Assembly (NCBI RefSeq): GCF_009914755.1
Contig: NC_060927.1
Length of the DNA: 64,000 nucleotides
Strand: one strand, 5' to 3'
Origin: the human T2T-CHM13v2.0 reference genome, Homo sapiens
Shown: in pieces, positions 44,875-59,576 of the stretch
How the letters are laid out: every line of letters starts with the position of its first letter
Numbering within the stretch: position 1 is the stretch's first letter
Translations under genes and position numbers: made by a program
The notes under the pieces: generated by a model
The model's database searches: none
What the model was told of the DNA's origin: nothing
Seen by the model: the letters and a program-made list of their open reading frames with translations, nothing else

Positions 44875-45004
44875 GATAGAATTCAAATTGAGCAAGGAAC
44901 ACTCAACATAACAATAGTGAACCTCTCAGATGCTGGCATGTATCAGTGTTTGGCAGAGAATAAACATGGAGTTATCTTTTCCAACGCAGAGCTTAGTGTT
45001 ATAG
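44875..45004 (+). CDS. CNTN4: Contactin-4 coding exon, second half of Ig4 (130 nt, phase 0-1)
   Basis: cttttctttcacAG acceptor and G|GTGAGT donor. Translates [43 protein letters not shown], with N-glycosylation sequons NIT and NLS. Confidence 0.97.
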
Positions 45005-45439
45005 GTGAGTCTTTATACTGGCAAGAAAAAAAAATTAAAACTCTTTAGATCACTAAACTAACTTGTTCTTTGCCAAGCATAAATGTTCAATCCAAGAAAA
45101 GGAGTAAAGAAATCTTTAGGCCAAAGATGCTACTCAAGAAACAAGTAATAAGCAAGTCTATAAACAATAACAAGAGAACGCTTTCTAAATCCGCCTCTTC
45201 TGATGCTTACAATGGGGACCATGCTTCCCTTGGCACTCATTTTTATTCCTCTATTGACTGCACTTCTAAATTGAGCAAAGTTTTTGAGATGCTTTTTGGA
45301 GTCTGCTGCTGATTTGGTGCAAACTTGAGCTTGGAGGGAATAAGAGCTGACTTGGTTTGGAAAGGCTTATTTGAACAGCTGACAGAATAAACCCTGCTCT
45401 TCCACATCTGAATTTTTCCAGACTGTGCATTAATGATCT

Positions 45440-45915
45440 TTCTTCCAACTACATGTTTGATCGTGTGCCACTTCCTCCCTCCTCTTCAGCTGCATTGACC
45501 TTTCTGTTCTGCATACTCACCATCCTCCCGTCCTCTGCAGGCCACTGGTACATACTGAGTGCATCGTCTGCCTGAAACGCTTTTCCTTCCCCTCTTCATT
45601 TCTGTAACTCCTTCTCAGTTCGCATCTTCCATCTTCATTGGTGCTTCCTCAGAAAGTCATGCTTGGGTCAACTATTCCTATTACAGATTTTTATACTATC
45701 TTTTACCTCTCCTTTATGAAAGATGCCACAGTTACAGTTTACACTTTTTTTTGTGATCTTTCTATCTTTTTCTTCCACTGCATTTTAACCTCCCCGTGAC
45801 GTCAAGGATCATAATTGGTTCAATTCATCATTTTATTCCCAGGACTTAATACAGTATTGAAGCACATAGTATGCACTCAATAAACATTGAATGAATGTAA
45901 GAATGAATGAGTGTG
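45440..45915 (+). mobile_element. L2 3' end
   Basis: gcacatagtatgcactcaataaacattgaatgaat terminus. Confidence 0.65.
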
Positions 45916-47244
45916 TTAAATGAAGGAAGAAATTGAGAGATTATTTTATTAAATGGATTAATAGATTAGGTCAGTAAAGAATCGAAAACATAGTTGAGTG
46001 AAAAGATAAATCTATGGACGTTAAAAAAAAAAGTTAAGACCAACAGCTTGCATTATCCTGTAGAAAACTTTTGAATTTGTCTATTATTATAAAAGAAAAG
46101 ATGATAATGACAACTGAAAACACAAAAACAAATGCAAATGATTTGGGAACTGCCTCCTATTTTAGAGGCTTTCAGTAGTCATTCTCCTTGGTGAGAGCAT
46201 AATGGAAGACTATGAATAAGAGAAAAACAGCACACAAAGGAGCTAATTCACGTGCTCTGATAAATTGTCCAGTTTCAGAGTCCTGACTTTCCCTTATGAA
46301 AAACATTCATTGGTGCCTAGCATGTAAATCTTGCATATAGAAGTAAATGTTCTCAAGTAGAATGTACTTCCATTCTGTGCAATGTAAAAAAATAAAAAGA
46401 AAGAAAAACTTCCACACTGCTCTTCTCACTAAGTTCGTTAGCACTGACTCAAATCCTATCAAAGATAACGATTGTGAGATTTCATGGGGATGGAGCCTTT
46501 TTCAAAGAGGCCTAGTAATGGTTTTATGCTCTTGGCATAGATAGCATCAGCATGGCTAGGCCTACTGGAATCCTAAACACACATACTTCTCACCCTATAA
46601 ATATTAGGAACAATAATTTTCAACCCCTTCCAGGACACATATGATGATTCCCTTCTGCCCGGATTTGCTAACTATTGGTACTTGGAACTGAGTCTTTTGG
46701 AGTACAGTTCACCATGGCAGGATTGCTTAGGAGTTTATTCCAAAACAAGTGTGTTCTCTACTCTACTCTATGTCAGCTAGTTGGAAGAACAGCTAAAAGT
46801 GAGATGTGGCCTAATGAAATGAATCATAGTGTCTGAAAACCCTCTATATGAGCGCTAGCCAATTTATCAGTCTAGGGACCCTTTTATAATTTTAAGAGAT
46901 TTTGTAGATCCCTTTATTAAAATAAGAAAATTTGATAGAAACAAATGACTCCAACAAAGTGAGAAAAGCTGCTTAATGATTTATATCTAGAGTGCCTACC
47001 CACAGCTGAAAATAACAGAATATATGTGTATGCGTATGTGTACGCATAATGGCTTAAAACCACTCTGCATAGCCCTCCCCTCTCTCCCTCTAGTACTAGG
47101 ATTCAAGGCCTGTTAGCTGGGAATCACTGTTCCAACTTTTACATTAAGGAGTTTATTTAAAAATCATTTCCAATTGGAACTGTCTAATTACAAATGAATT
47201 TTTGATCTGAGCTCTTAAGTTTCCCGACGCCAGCAAACTAGAAG

Positions 47245-47623
47245 TGTTAGTCTGTTTAAGCTGCTATAACAAAAATACTGCAAACATGGTGGCTTATAGA
47301 CAACAAATGTTTATTTCTGATAGTTCTGGAAGCTGAAAGTTTGAGACCAGGGTGCCAGCATGGCCGGGTTCCGGTGAAGTCCCCCTTCTGGGTTGCAGAC
47401 TGCCAACCTCTCACTGTGTTTGCACATGGCAGAAGGGGTGAGGGTCTCTTGGGCCTCTTTTATAAGGGCACTAATCCCATTCATAAGGTGCTTCACCCTT
47501 ATGAAGGGCTTCACCTCATAGGGGCTTCACCTCTTAAAGGTCCTGCCTCTTAGTACCATCACCTTAGCGGTTAGGATTTCAACATAGGAATTTTGGAGGG
47601 ACACAAACATTCAGACTATAGCA
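47245..47623 (-). mobile_element. MLT1A-like MaLR solo LTR
   Basis: gctgctataacaaaaatac...ttatttctgatagttctgga...ggacacaaacattcagactatagca. Confidence 0.85.
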
Positions 47624-47941
47624 GTAGAGCAGTCAAGATAAAATGAAAATGCCTGAGAAATTATTTAACCATGTTTCACATAAGAACAATAAAGGCATGT
47701 CATCAAATTATTTAGGCCAAACAAGTTGTAAAAATGTAAGGCTTGCAGGAATTCAGGAAAGGGAATTTGGCTAGGGGGCTGGGCTGGAAAGCTAAGCCCT
47801 GAACAATTTAGATTTTGACAAACACAAAGAATAGTCCAGATCAGAATGAAATGACTGGAACAAAGGCTCAAAATTATAAAATATCTGGGATAGTTTCCTG
47901 CACATAGAGAATCTTCAGTGCTTTTTAAAGCTGTTGACTCC

Positions 47942-48493
47942 TCAGTGGATGAATGGGCAAACAACATTTGGTATATGTGAACACAGTAGAATACTATGTA
48001 GCCATAAAGAAAAGGAGAAAATCCTGTCATTTGTGACAAAAGGGATGAACCTGGAGGACATCGTGCTGTGTGAAATAAGTCAGGCACAGAAAAATATCAC
48101 ATGATCTCACTCATAAGTAGAATCTGAAAAAGTTTATCTCAAAGAAATAGAGTAGAATGCTGGTTGTCAGGGTCGGGGGAATCGGCGGGGGAGGGTTGGG
48201 AAGATGTCGTTCAAAGAATACAACACTTCAGTTAGATGGGACAAATACATTCAAGCACTCTATTGTATAACACGATGATTATAGTTAATAACAAGATATC
48301 GTACTCTCAAAAAATGCTGAGGGAGCGGATGTTAAGTGTTTCACCACAAAAATGATAATTATATAAGGTAATTTATGTTAACTAGCTGGATTTAATCATT
48401 CTACAACGTATATAAATACTTCAAAACATGTTGTATGTAATAGATACAATTGTGTCTGTCAATCTAAAAAGTAAAATAATAAAAAAAATAAAA
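47942..48493 (+). mobile_element. L1MA-type 3' end with A tail
   Basis: gatgaacctggaggacatc...tgaaataagtcaggcacaga, followed by the 3' UTR and an A-rich end. Confidence 0.85.
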
Positions 48494-48554
48494 ATTTTGA
48501 TTCAAATACATAAAGCATATATCGGAAAATTTAAACTTGAAAAAGAAAGATGGT

Positions 48555-48872
<318 letters not shown>

Positions 48873-49221
48873 AAAAGAAAGATGGAGAAGTCATTAAGGA
48901 CCAATTTTGGAGATTCTTGAATGACAAGCTTGCAAGTTCCCTATTTAATATCCCATTTTCCCTTCCAAAAATTCCCAGTAATATATTTCAGGTAAATTGA
49001 AGGGCAGTTAAAGATTGAGTGTGTAAACCCGTAGAGTCTCTCTTAAGTGAATAAGGGAGAAGACATCTGCCTATTTAAAGATACATAGAAATTAATATTG
49101 GTTAACTTGGGTAAGACATAATATGATTGTTTTCCACAAGTCACTTTGTTCCTTATATAGCAGGAATAGTTTGGCTCTTTTGGATCAAATAACTAAATTG
49201 TCATTACCTATGCTAGAATCA

Positions 49222-49585
<364 letters not shown>

Positions 49586-51496
49586 TTATCTCTTGATAAT
49601 CTGTATAAGAAAGAAAAAATATATATGTTGGTTCCACCTATTGATTAAATATCAGGAACCTCCAATGCTATAGAGGAGATTCCTTTTAATGTTGGGTGAT
49701 AGCCCTACGGTCATGAATAAGAGATGGTTAGGAAGCATATATTTAATAGGTTTTTCCCTTGGTTTTATTTTATGTGTTCTGTCTTGGTATTTAATGTGTA
49801 TGTAACATGTCTATTTAATGGATTTAAACTGCTAAATAATTAATCTGTGTGCTGGGTGATTTACTCACTGGATGGGCAAACGCCATAGAGAGACTTTTAT
49901 CTTGAGGTCAGTATATTGGTAGGCCTGGTTATGAGTACATCAAATGGAAGTGTCCTTGTCTGTGACTGAACTATGACAATTGGCAGTTTATTTTTTTCCC
50001 AAGGCAACTCCTCCTAGATCTTTTCTGCTGTCTTAGCCTGAGTCATGGATGAGATTCACTTGTGGGATATATCCCTGTGGACATCCCTGAGGTGCTGTAC
50101 AACTCCCTGGGTGATAACCATCATTCCACTCCTCTCCCCCACTCATGAAGGTGTATTACAATTAGAGTAAATAGAGTCCTGTAATCATGGGGAAACTGAA
50201 TCTTCTATACGTAACTTAAAAAGTAAAGATAACTAAGTTAGGTATTTTGTTGGTGAAAAAATAACTTTTCTAAAGTAATAGTTCTACCCATGTTTAGTAT
50301 TTGTGTCCACTCAGATGATCATATTGGCGATGGGGACTGCTGATTAAATTGCCAAACTTGAAATCATTGGGTAAATATAGAGGATAGCTAAGGTCTCCAA
50401 AGCAAGTCTGAGGCAAGTATTCAGGTATCTGCAATTCACTGAAAGAGTGTTCTCCAGGAAAAACCTGTAAGGAAAAGCAGAATAAGGAAGAAGGAGGAAC
50501 CAAACAAGGATGGGGTCTTAGGTAAAGTCTAGCCTAAGTCTAATCCAGAAGGGAGATTTCTGGAACATAAACTGTACCTCAGACCCATTTCCACCTTGAG
50601 ATAATGAGGCTAGCTTTTTAAAAAATCTCCATGTTAATCACTTCCTAAGCTACCTCTTAAGTGGGGTTCCAGAAGTGGTGGGGGTCAAAAATCTTTGATT
50701 TTGCTTATATATGTGAGAATATTGTGAAAAAAGTTTTTTGATTTTACAGTGGGAGGAGCCATCCCTAAGGGTGAGTGGGTATCTGCCCAGTGGTCTTTTG
50801 AATATGACTTGACTTTTCCAGGACTGTATAATGGAGGAGAAGTAGCTTCTACCCTGAGGAAATTATGTCTAATGGTTCAGTATCCCGGGGGTTCTCCTGG
50901 CCTGTGTGGTGGAACACATCTGACCCTGGCAGGACACTCAAATACCATCAAGTAACTGATGGCCCAATTAAAGTGAGGTGCAACCTTGAGCGATTATCTG
51001 GTTAATTTGGCATCTACCCAGGTGATTGGCTCCCAAATTAGAAAAACATTAAGGCTAAACTAAAAGTTATTTCACAGGGACTTTCGCAAGTGCTCATCTG
51101 CATCTGATTTCTCAACTGCCTCGTTGAGCCAGGTTACAAAATAATCAGATGTGCTGAGTGTGATCAGCATCGAATGAGAGGACACATGCCTTTCTTACCC
51201 AACTGCAGTCATCCAGGCAAGAGCTTTACTTAAGTTGTCATGAAGAGGGGAGCTGTGCACTTGGCTCTCAAAAGCAAATTTGGTGTCTTTATCAAGTTAT
51301 TGATCATATACGTACCAGTAGTAGGAGGATGTCATTACTCATCTTACTGTGAAAACTGACAGAATTACACGTGAAAGCCTTTGCAAACCTAAAGGTGTTT
51401 ATAACAATATAAGAAGGTTTGGGCTTTTTTTTTTTTCTCTTAGTATCCATACCAAACACTTAGAGATAGCCATGAAATCACCAGTAAATCCCAGTT

Positions 51497-51899
51497 CTGT
51501 GCTTCTCAATTTTTGCTGCAGATTACAATCATCTGGGGAACTCTTTACTATCCTGATGGCATACCATACTCGTTATCAACTAATTCAGTCTCTGATCCTA
51601 GGACCCAGGCATTTTTCCTTAAAGCTCCCCAGGTGTGATTCTGAAGAACAACAGAATTTGAGAACTATTGCTTTAATTGATCAGGTTTAAAAAGCCATTG
51701 AATTTTCCTAAAATATTGATTATCAGGCTTTATCGTGCATCACAGTAATCTAGAGGACATGTTAATACACAGATTGCTGAACTCTACCCTGAGAATTTCT
51801 GATACAGTAGCTCTAGAGTGGGGCCTGGGAATTTATATTTCTAACAAGTGATGTTGATGCTGATGCTGCTTATCCAAGACCACCGTTTGAGAACCACTA
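51497..51899. mobile_element. Two adjacent MER5-type MITEs
   Basis: Two tttgagaac(t/c)a ends at about 51670 and 51899, with typical MER5 internal motifs. Confidence 0.65.
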
Positions 51900-54869
51900 T
51901 CCTAAAATAGGAAATCTGTCCTACACAGAGGGCTTTTGTTGTTGTTTTTAAAAACTGAACATAGTCTCCCTACCAAAACATCTGATTTTGGATCAAAAAG
52001 CACTCTGAATCCGAAGTACCCCTGTATGAGAGAAAGAGCAGGCATCAGAGATTCCAACCATGGCTGAAGGCCCCATTTCAACAAGAGAGTGAATAGGAAT
52101 AAAGCACACAGAATGTCTTGACAGACTACCATGTGAGGCTTGAGCTAAAGTGCTGCATGGCATGACTCTGGTAGTTAAAGCCAACTGAGGGGAGACATTG
52201 AAAGCTGATAAATATTATGATAAATATTATGATCATCCCTTACATCAATTCCCCCAAAGAAATGCAGTGAGTCAGAGTTTAAAATATTACTCTAGAATGC
52301 AGCCTAAGGCATCACTGAGCATTAATACTTTATATACAATCCTATAACCAAAATATCTGAATCTTCTGTAAAACTGCTGTGAAGAGATGATCCATCTTGA
52401 AGTCCTTAGTCCTTTTCATAAAAATATTTCCAATAAATTTCTCATAAAATGTAGAACTTCTCTCTTAAAAGAAGAAAAGTTTGCATCTTCTAGTAAAGAG
52501 GCAAAGTTTTTCATCAGTCAGTAAGAAATGTGTTATTTTTCTCTTTGCCCAGTCTGGGATTAATTTAACTCTATTGTATTAATTCTAGTGAGATTGTTTT
52601 CTACCCTTCCCCTGTTTGAATTGAGTCATATTGTAAATGTATTTACTACTTTATGTCTTTTACCATTATCTACCCCAAGTTCTTTGAATTTGTGAATAAA
52701 TAAATAAATGAAGTAACTATTTTTCCCCCTCCACCACCTTCTGGCAAAATTGATTGCATTTGGGGAGCCTAATCTAAGGAGTATTAATTAGACTGACATT
52801 CAAGATTTGGTAGTGGGGGGTGATTCATCAAGATAGTCAAAAGGGAAGCCCCAGACCCTTTTTCCCCAATGGACCAATTGCCACTGAAAGAAATAAAACC
52901 AGTTAAGAGATTTCTGCACTCCAGTCAAGTGTAAAGCCAATAGCATTAAAGCACTGTAGAAAAATTTATGGCACTCGCTTGCTGGAGCACTTCCCACTCC
53001 CCCCAGCGTAGCACAGAGCTATCAGTAGAAAACTTCCAATTCCTAATTTCTTGCTGGGGAGGGAAAGAAAAGAGTGGAAGGTATATCCAGTGTTTTTACT
53101 TTTGAGGGGGAAGTACTACCTGAGGGAGTGGTTTCCGTTTTGCCTGAATCTAAGTGATGACAGAAACTGGGCTATGTGGGAGGCCCCCTGAGAACAAAGT
53201 CTATCAACATGGCTTGGTCTGGTATCAGGCTGTACCACAGACACTAGGGGAGGTCCAGTACCAACAGAGGGAAATTTAATGCTTCCTGCAGCACTAGAAA
53301 GTCCACAGTACCTGATAAAGACACCAAGGGAAGCTCCTGAGTAGAAACCAACAAATCTTCAATTAGGGGATTACATACAAAAGCCCAGAGAAGACGCATC
53401 ATCAGAAAAGGCTTGAGAGATTTGCAGAATCTCTAGCTGGACTGATTGCTCTCAGACTGCAAAGACTAGGAGAAGTGTCTGATTTTTTAAATGCCAGAAT
53501 TCCAGCAGAAGATAATAAAGCACACAAAGAAACCAGAAGACATGGCCCAACCAAAGGAACAAATTATATCTACAGAAATCAACCCTAAAGAAACAGAGGT
53601 ATATCAATTACCAAAGAATTCTAATTATTCTCATAAAGACACTCAAGGAATTAAGAGACAGTACAGATAGATAACTAAAGGAAATCAGGTAAATGATGCA
53701 TGAACAAAATGAGAGTATCAACAGAGATAAAAGATGAAAATGAGCCCAAAGAAATTCTGGAGGTGAAGAATATAGTAAGTGAATTCAGAATATAGTACTC
53801 AATTTACTAGAGAGATTCAACAACAGGCTTGACCAGACAGAAAAAAATAATCAGCAATTCAAAGACAGAACATTAGAAATTATTGAGGCAGAGGAGCAAA
53901 ACGGAAAAAATAAGAAAAGTGAAGAAAGCTGAAGGGTCTATGGGACATCATCAAGTGCAACAATATAAGTGTTATGTAATTTGCAGACAATAAAGAGAGA
54001 AAATGGCAGAGAGCCTATCTGAAGAAAAAATGGCTGAAAACTTCCCGAGTCTGAGCAAGGAAATGGATTCACAAATTTTAGAAGCTCAAGAACTGCAGCT
54101 AGGATGAATCCAAAGAGATCTACACTGAGACACATTATAATCAAAGTGTCAAAAGTCAGAGACCAAAAGAAAATCCTGAAAGCAGCAAGAGAAAAGCAAC
54201 TCATCACAAACAAGTGTGCATCTGTAAGATTATCAACAGATTTTTCAGCAGGAACTGCATGCTAGAAGGGAGAGAGATGATCTACTCAAAGTGCTGAAAG
54301 AAGGAGCTGCCAATCAAGAATACTATATCCGGTAAAACTGTCCTTCCAAAATGAGGGAGAAGTGGAGACTTTCCCAGATAAACAAAAGCTGAATGAGTTT
54401 ATCACCACTAGGTTTACCCTGCAAGAAATGCTGAAGGGAGTCCTTCAAGTTGAAATGAAAGGATGATAAACAACACAAAACTATATGAAAATTTAAAACT
54501 CCTAGATAAAGGTAAACATACAGACAAATATAAAATCCTGTAATATTGTAGGTACAAAAATCACTTTTATAAAAATCTGGTATAGAATGTTTTAAAAAGT
54601 ATAAAAGGTAACTATAAATCTATGTTAATAACTGTACAGTATAAAAGGAGGTAATTTGTGTCATCAGTAACAAAGTGGGGCAGCAGGATGTAAATAGTTT
54701 TTATACATGATTGAAGTTAAATTGTTGCCAGCTTGAATAGATTATTATAACTTTAAGATGTGCTATATAATTACAGTGGTAACCACAAAGATAATATCTA
54801 TATAATATACAAGAAGAGAAATGAGCAGTGAATGAAAACATATCATTTTTAAAAATAAAGGAAACACAA

Positions 54870-55180
54870 GGCTGGGTGCAGTGGCTCACGCCCGTAATCC
54901 CAGCACTTTGGGAGGCTGAGACAGGCACATCACTTGAGGCCAGGAGTTTGAGACCAGCCTGGCCAACATGGTGAAACCCCATGTCTACTAAAAATACAAA
55001 GTTTAGCTGGATGTGGTGGCGCATGCCTGTAATCCCAGCTACTCAGCAGGCTGAGGCAGGAGACTCACTTAAACCCGAGAGGCGGAGGCTGCAGTGAGCC
55101 AAGATCACACCACTGCACTCCAGCCTGGATGACAGAGTGAGACTCTGTCTCAAAAATAAACAAATTAAATAAATAAAAAT
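54870..55180 (+). mobile_element. AluS inserted in the L1 inter-ORF region
   Basis: Full dimer with an A-rich tail. Confidence 0.95.
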
Positions 55181-57026
55181 TCAAACAAATAAAAATCGAG
55201 GAATAAAAATCTCCTCTTTTGAAGACAGAAAGAGGAGAAAGGGTAAACACAAAAGCTACAAGATACATAAAACAAATGAACAAAATGGCAATTGTAAGCC
55301 CTTCCCTATCTCTAATTATTTTAAACATAAATTGATTAAATGCCCCAATTAAAAGATATAGCTTGACTGAATGGATTAAAAACAAACAGGATCTAACTAT
55401 ATGCTCTCTGTAAGAGACACACTTTAGATCTAGGGTTACACGCAAGCTGAAAATGAAAGAATAGAGGAAAATAATCCGTGCAAACCAGAACCTAAAGAGA
55501 GCAAGGGTGACCGTATTAATATCAGACAAAATAAACTTTAAGACAAAAACTGTCACAAGAGACAAAGAAAAACATTATATAATGATAAAAGGACTGATTC
55601 ATCACAAAGATGTAACTGTTAGAAATCTGTATGCACCTAATATTAGAACTTCCAAGTGTATGAAGCAAACATTGACAGAACTGAAGAGAGAAATAGCAAC
55701 ACAATAGTAGGATACTTTGATACTCTATTTTCAATCATGGATAGAACAGTCAGACAAAAGACAAATAAGGAAGCAGAGGATGTGAACAACCCTATAGGCC
55801 AGTTGGACCTAACAAGCATATAAAGAACACTGCTCTCTACTACAACAGAATATGAAATCTACTCATGCACACATGGAACAGTGTCCAAAAGAGACCATAT
55901 GTTAGGGTACAAATAAGTTTTAACAGATTTAAGAAAATTGAAATTATACGTAATATCCTCTCTGACTATGACGGAATGAAACTAGAAATTGATAGCAGAG
56001 GAAAAACGGGAAATCCACAAATATGTAAAAATTGAACAACTCATTCTTAAGCAATGAATGGGTCAAAGTAGAAGTCACAGTGTAATTTAGAAAATATCAG
56101 GAGACAAATGGAAATGAAAATACAACATACCAAAACTTAGGGATGCAGCAAAAGCAGTAATAAGAGGGAGGTTAATAATGATACATGCTTACATTAAAAA
56201 AGAAGAAATATCTCAAGTCAACGCCCTAACTTCGCACCACAGGCAACTAGAAAAAGATTTTAAAAACTGAAAAATCAATAGAAGTAATAGAATAATATAT
56301 ATTAGAGCAGAGATAAAGGAAATATAGAATAGAAAAATACTAGGAAAAAAATCAGTGTAAACAAGAGTTGATTTTTAAAAAGATCAACCAAATTGACAAA
56401 CCCGTAGTAGACTGAGAAAAGAGTGTACTCAAATAAGTAAAATCAGAAATTAGAGACATGAAACAGATGATTCAGAAATAAAAAGAGTATAAAGACCACT
56501 ATAAATAATTATTCACTGAAAAATTGGATAACCTGGAAGAAGTAGATAAATTGCTAGAAACATACAACTGCTTAAGACTGAGTCTTGAAGGAATAGAAAT
56601 GTGAATAGACTTAGAACTAGCAAGGAGATTGAAGCAGTAATTTAAACTTCCCAATAAAGAAAATCCCTGGACCAAATGCCTCAGTGGAGAATTCTACCAA
56701 ATATTTAAAGAAGAATTAACACCAGTTTTCCCCAAACCCTTCCAAAGAATTAAAGAAGTGGGACCACATTTAAACTCATTCTGTAAGCGCAGCTTTATGT
56801 TAAAACCAAAAACAAACAAGGACACAAGAAAACTACAGACCATAAAACCCTGATGAACATTGATCCAGAAATTGTCAACAAAATACTAGCATACTCAACT
56901 CAGCAGTACATTAAAAGGATTATACACAATGTCAAATTGGAATTATACCTGAAATGCAAAGATGGCTCAACATACAATAATCAGTTAATATAATATACTG
57001 CAGAATGAAGGACCAGAACCACGTGA

Positions 57027-57534
<508 letters not shown>

Positions 57535-58189
57535 TAATACTAGGTTAAATAGAAGTGCTGAGAGTGGGCATCCTTGCTTTGTTTCTGATCTTAGAGAAAA
57601 AGCTTTCAATTTTTCACTGCTAAGCATGATGTTACTCATCCACTTTACAGTCAGAAAATTAAAAATGGAATTACCATATAATCTGGCAATCCTAACATTT
57701 GGTATATATTCAAAATAATTGAAAACAGCATCTTGAAGAGAGATTTGCAGACCTATATTAATTGCAGTATTATTCACAATAGTCAGGAGGTGGAAGCAAC
57801 CTAAATGTCCATGGATAGTTGAAAGGATAGAGGAAATGTGTTTAAGTACATACAATGGACTATTATTTCTGTTATGTATTACAACATGAATGAACCTTGA
57901 GGACATTATGCTAATGAAACGAGCCAGTCACATAAAGCAAATACTTCATGATTCCACTTTGTGAGATGTCTAACATAGTCAAACTCATAGAAACAGAAAG
58001 TAGTGTTGTTACCAGGGGCTGGGAGAGAGGAGGAGGAAATGGGGAGTTGGGTAATGGTTATCAACATTTAGTGTTGCAAAACGAAAACATTCTCGCAATG
58101 AGTTGCACAAAAGTGTGCATATAGTTAATACTACTGTACTGTACACGTAAACATTGTCAAGATGGTAAATTTTATGTTATGTACTTTTT

Positions 58190-59378
58190 TTTTCTTTTTC
58201 TTTTTTTCAATTTTTTTAGTATTTATTGATCATTCTTGGGTGTTTCTCCGAGAGGGGGATTTGGCAGGGTCATAGGACAATAGTGGAGGGAAGGTCAGCA
58301 GATAAACAAGTGAACAAAGGTCTCTGGTTTTCCTAGGCAGAGGGCCCTGCCGCCTTCCGCAGCGTTTGTGTCCCTGGGTACTTGAGATTGGGGAGTGGTG
58401 ATGACTGTTAACGAGCATGCTGCCTTCAAGCATCTGTTTAACAAAGCACATCTTGCACCGCCCTTAATCCATTTAATCCTGAGTGGACACAGCACATGTT
58501 TCAGAGAGCACGGGGTTGGGGGTAAGGCCATAGATCAACAGGATCCCAAGGCAGAAGAATTTTTCTTAGTACAGAACAAAATGGAGTCTCCTATGTCTAC
58601 TTCTTTCTACACAGACACAGTAACAATCTGATCTCTCTTTCTTTTCGCCACATGTCCCCCTTTTCTATTCGACAAAACCGCCGTCGTCATCATGGCCCGT
58701 TCTCAATGAGCTGTTGGGTACACCTCCCAGACGGGGTGGCGGCCGGGCAGAGGGGCTCCTCACTTCCCAGTAGGGGCGGCCGGGCAGAGGGGCCCCCCAC
58801 CTCCCAGACGGGGCCGCCGGGTGGAGACGCTCCTCAGTTCCCAGACGGGGCAGCCAGGCAGAGGTGGCGCTAGACGTCTAGGTGGCACTTCCTAGACGGG
58901 GTGGCAGCCGGGCAGAGGCTGCAATCTCGGCACTTTGGGAGGCCAAGGCAGGCGGCTGGGAGGTGGAGGTTGTAGCGAGTGGAGATCACGCCACTGCACT
59001 CCAGCCTGGGCACCATTGAGCACTGAGTGAAGGAGACTCCGTCTGCAATCCCGGCACCTCGGGAGGCCGAGGCTGGCGGATCACTCGCGGTCAGGAGCTG
59101 GAGACCAGCCCGGCCAACACGGCGAAACCCTGTCTCCACCAAAAAATACGAAAACCAGTCAGGCCTGGCGGCGCGCGCCTGCAATCGCAGGCACTCGGCA
59201 GGCTGAGGCAGGAGAATCAGGCAGGGAGGTCGCAGTGAGCCGAGATGGCAGCAGCACAGTCCAGCTTCGGCATCAGAGGGAGACCGTGGAAAGCGGGAGA
59301 CGGAGACGAGGCAGAGGGGGAGACGGTGGAAAGCGGGAGAGGGAGAGGAAGAGGGAGACGGAGACGGAGACGGAGAGG
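58190..59378 (-). mobile_element. SVA retrotransposon, older subfamily (SVA_A/B-like), with a short VNTR
   Basis: On + strand: T tail, SINE-R (tttattgatcattcttgggtg...), GC-rich VNTR at about 58724-58918, Alu-like domain, (GGAGAG/GGAGAC)n hexamer. TSD TGTACTTTTT at 58180-89 and 59379-88. Confidence 0.96.
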
Positions 59379-59417
59379 TGTACTTTTTACCACAATTTAA
59401 AAAATAGAAGATTTAGC

Positions 59418-59576
59418 AGTATTTTTCAAACTTGAAGACTCATATGTATTACTTGGGAATTTTGTTAAGTTTAGATTCCAATTTCAGGTCTGAGGTAGGG
59501 CCTGGAATTCTGCATTTCTAACAAACTTCAAGGTGATGCCAGTGCTTCTGCTCTAGGGATCACATTTTCAGTGGCA
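59418..59576. mobile_element. MER5-type MITE
   Basis: ggtctgaggtagggcctggaattctgcatttctaacaaac...ggtgatgcc. Confidence 0.7.

Noticed and set aside
45797-45804. Perfect CRE palindrome TGACGTCA
   Set aside because: A single 8-mer inside an L2 relic. One occurrence in 64 kb is compatible with chance.
59278-59340. Repeated gggagac(c/g)gtggaaagcgggaga
   Set aside because: A doubled ccacggtctccc motif next to the hexamer is, as I recall, normal SVA 5' structure.
58230-59435. GC-rich ORFs and a possible CpG-island promoter
   Set aside because: All lie within the SVA.
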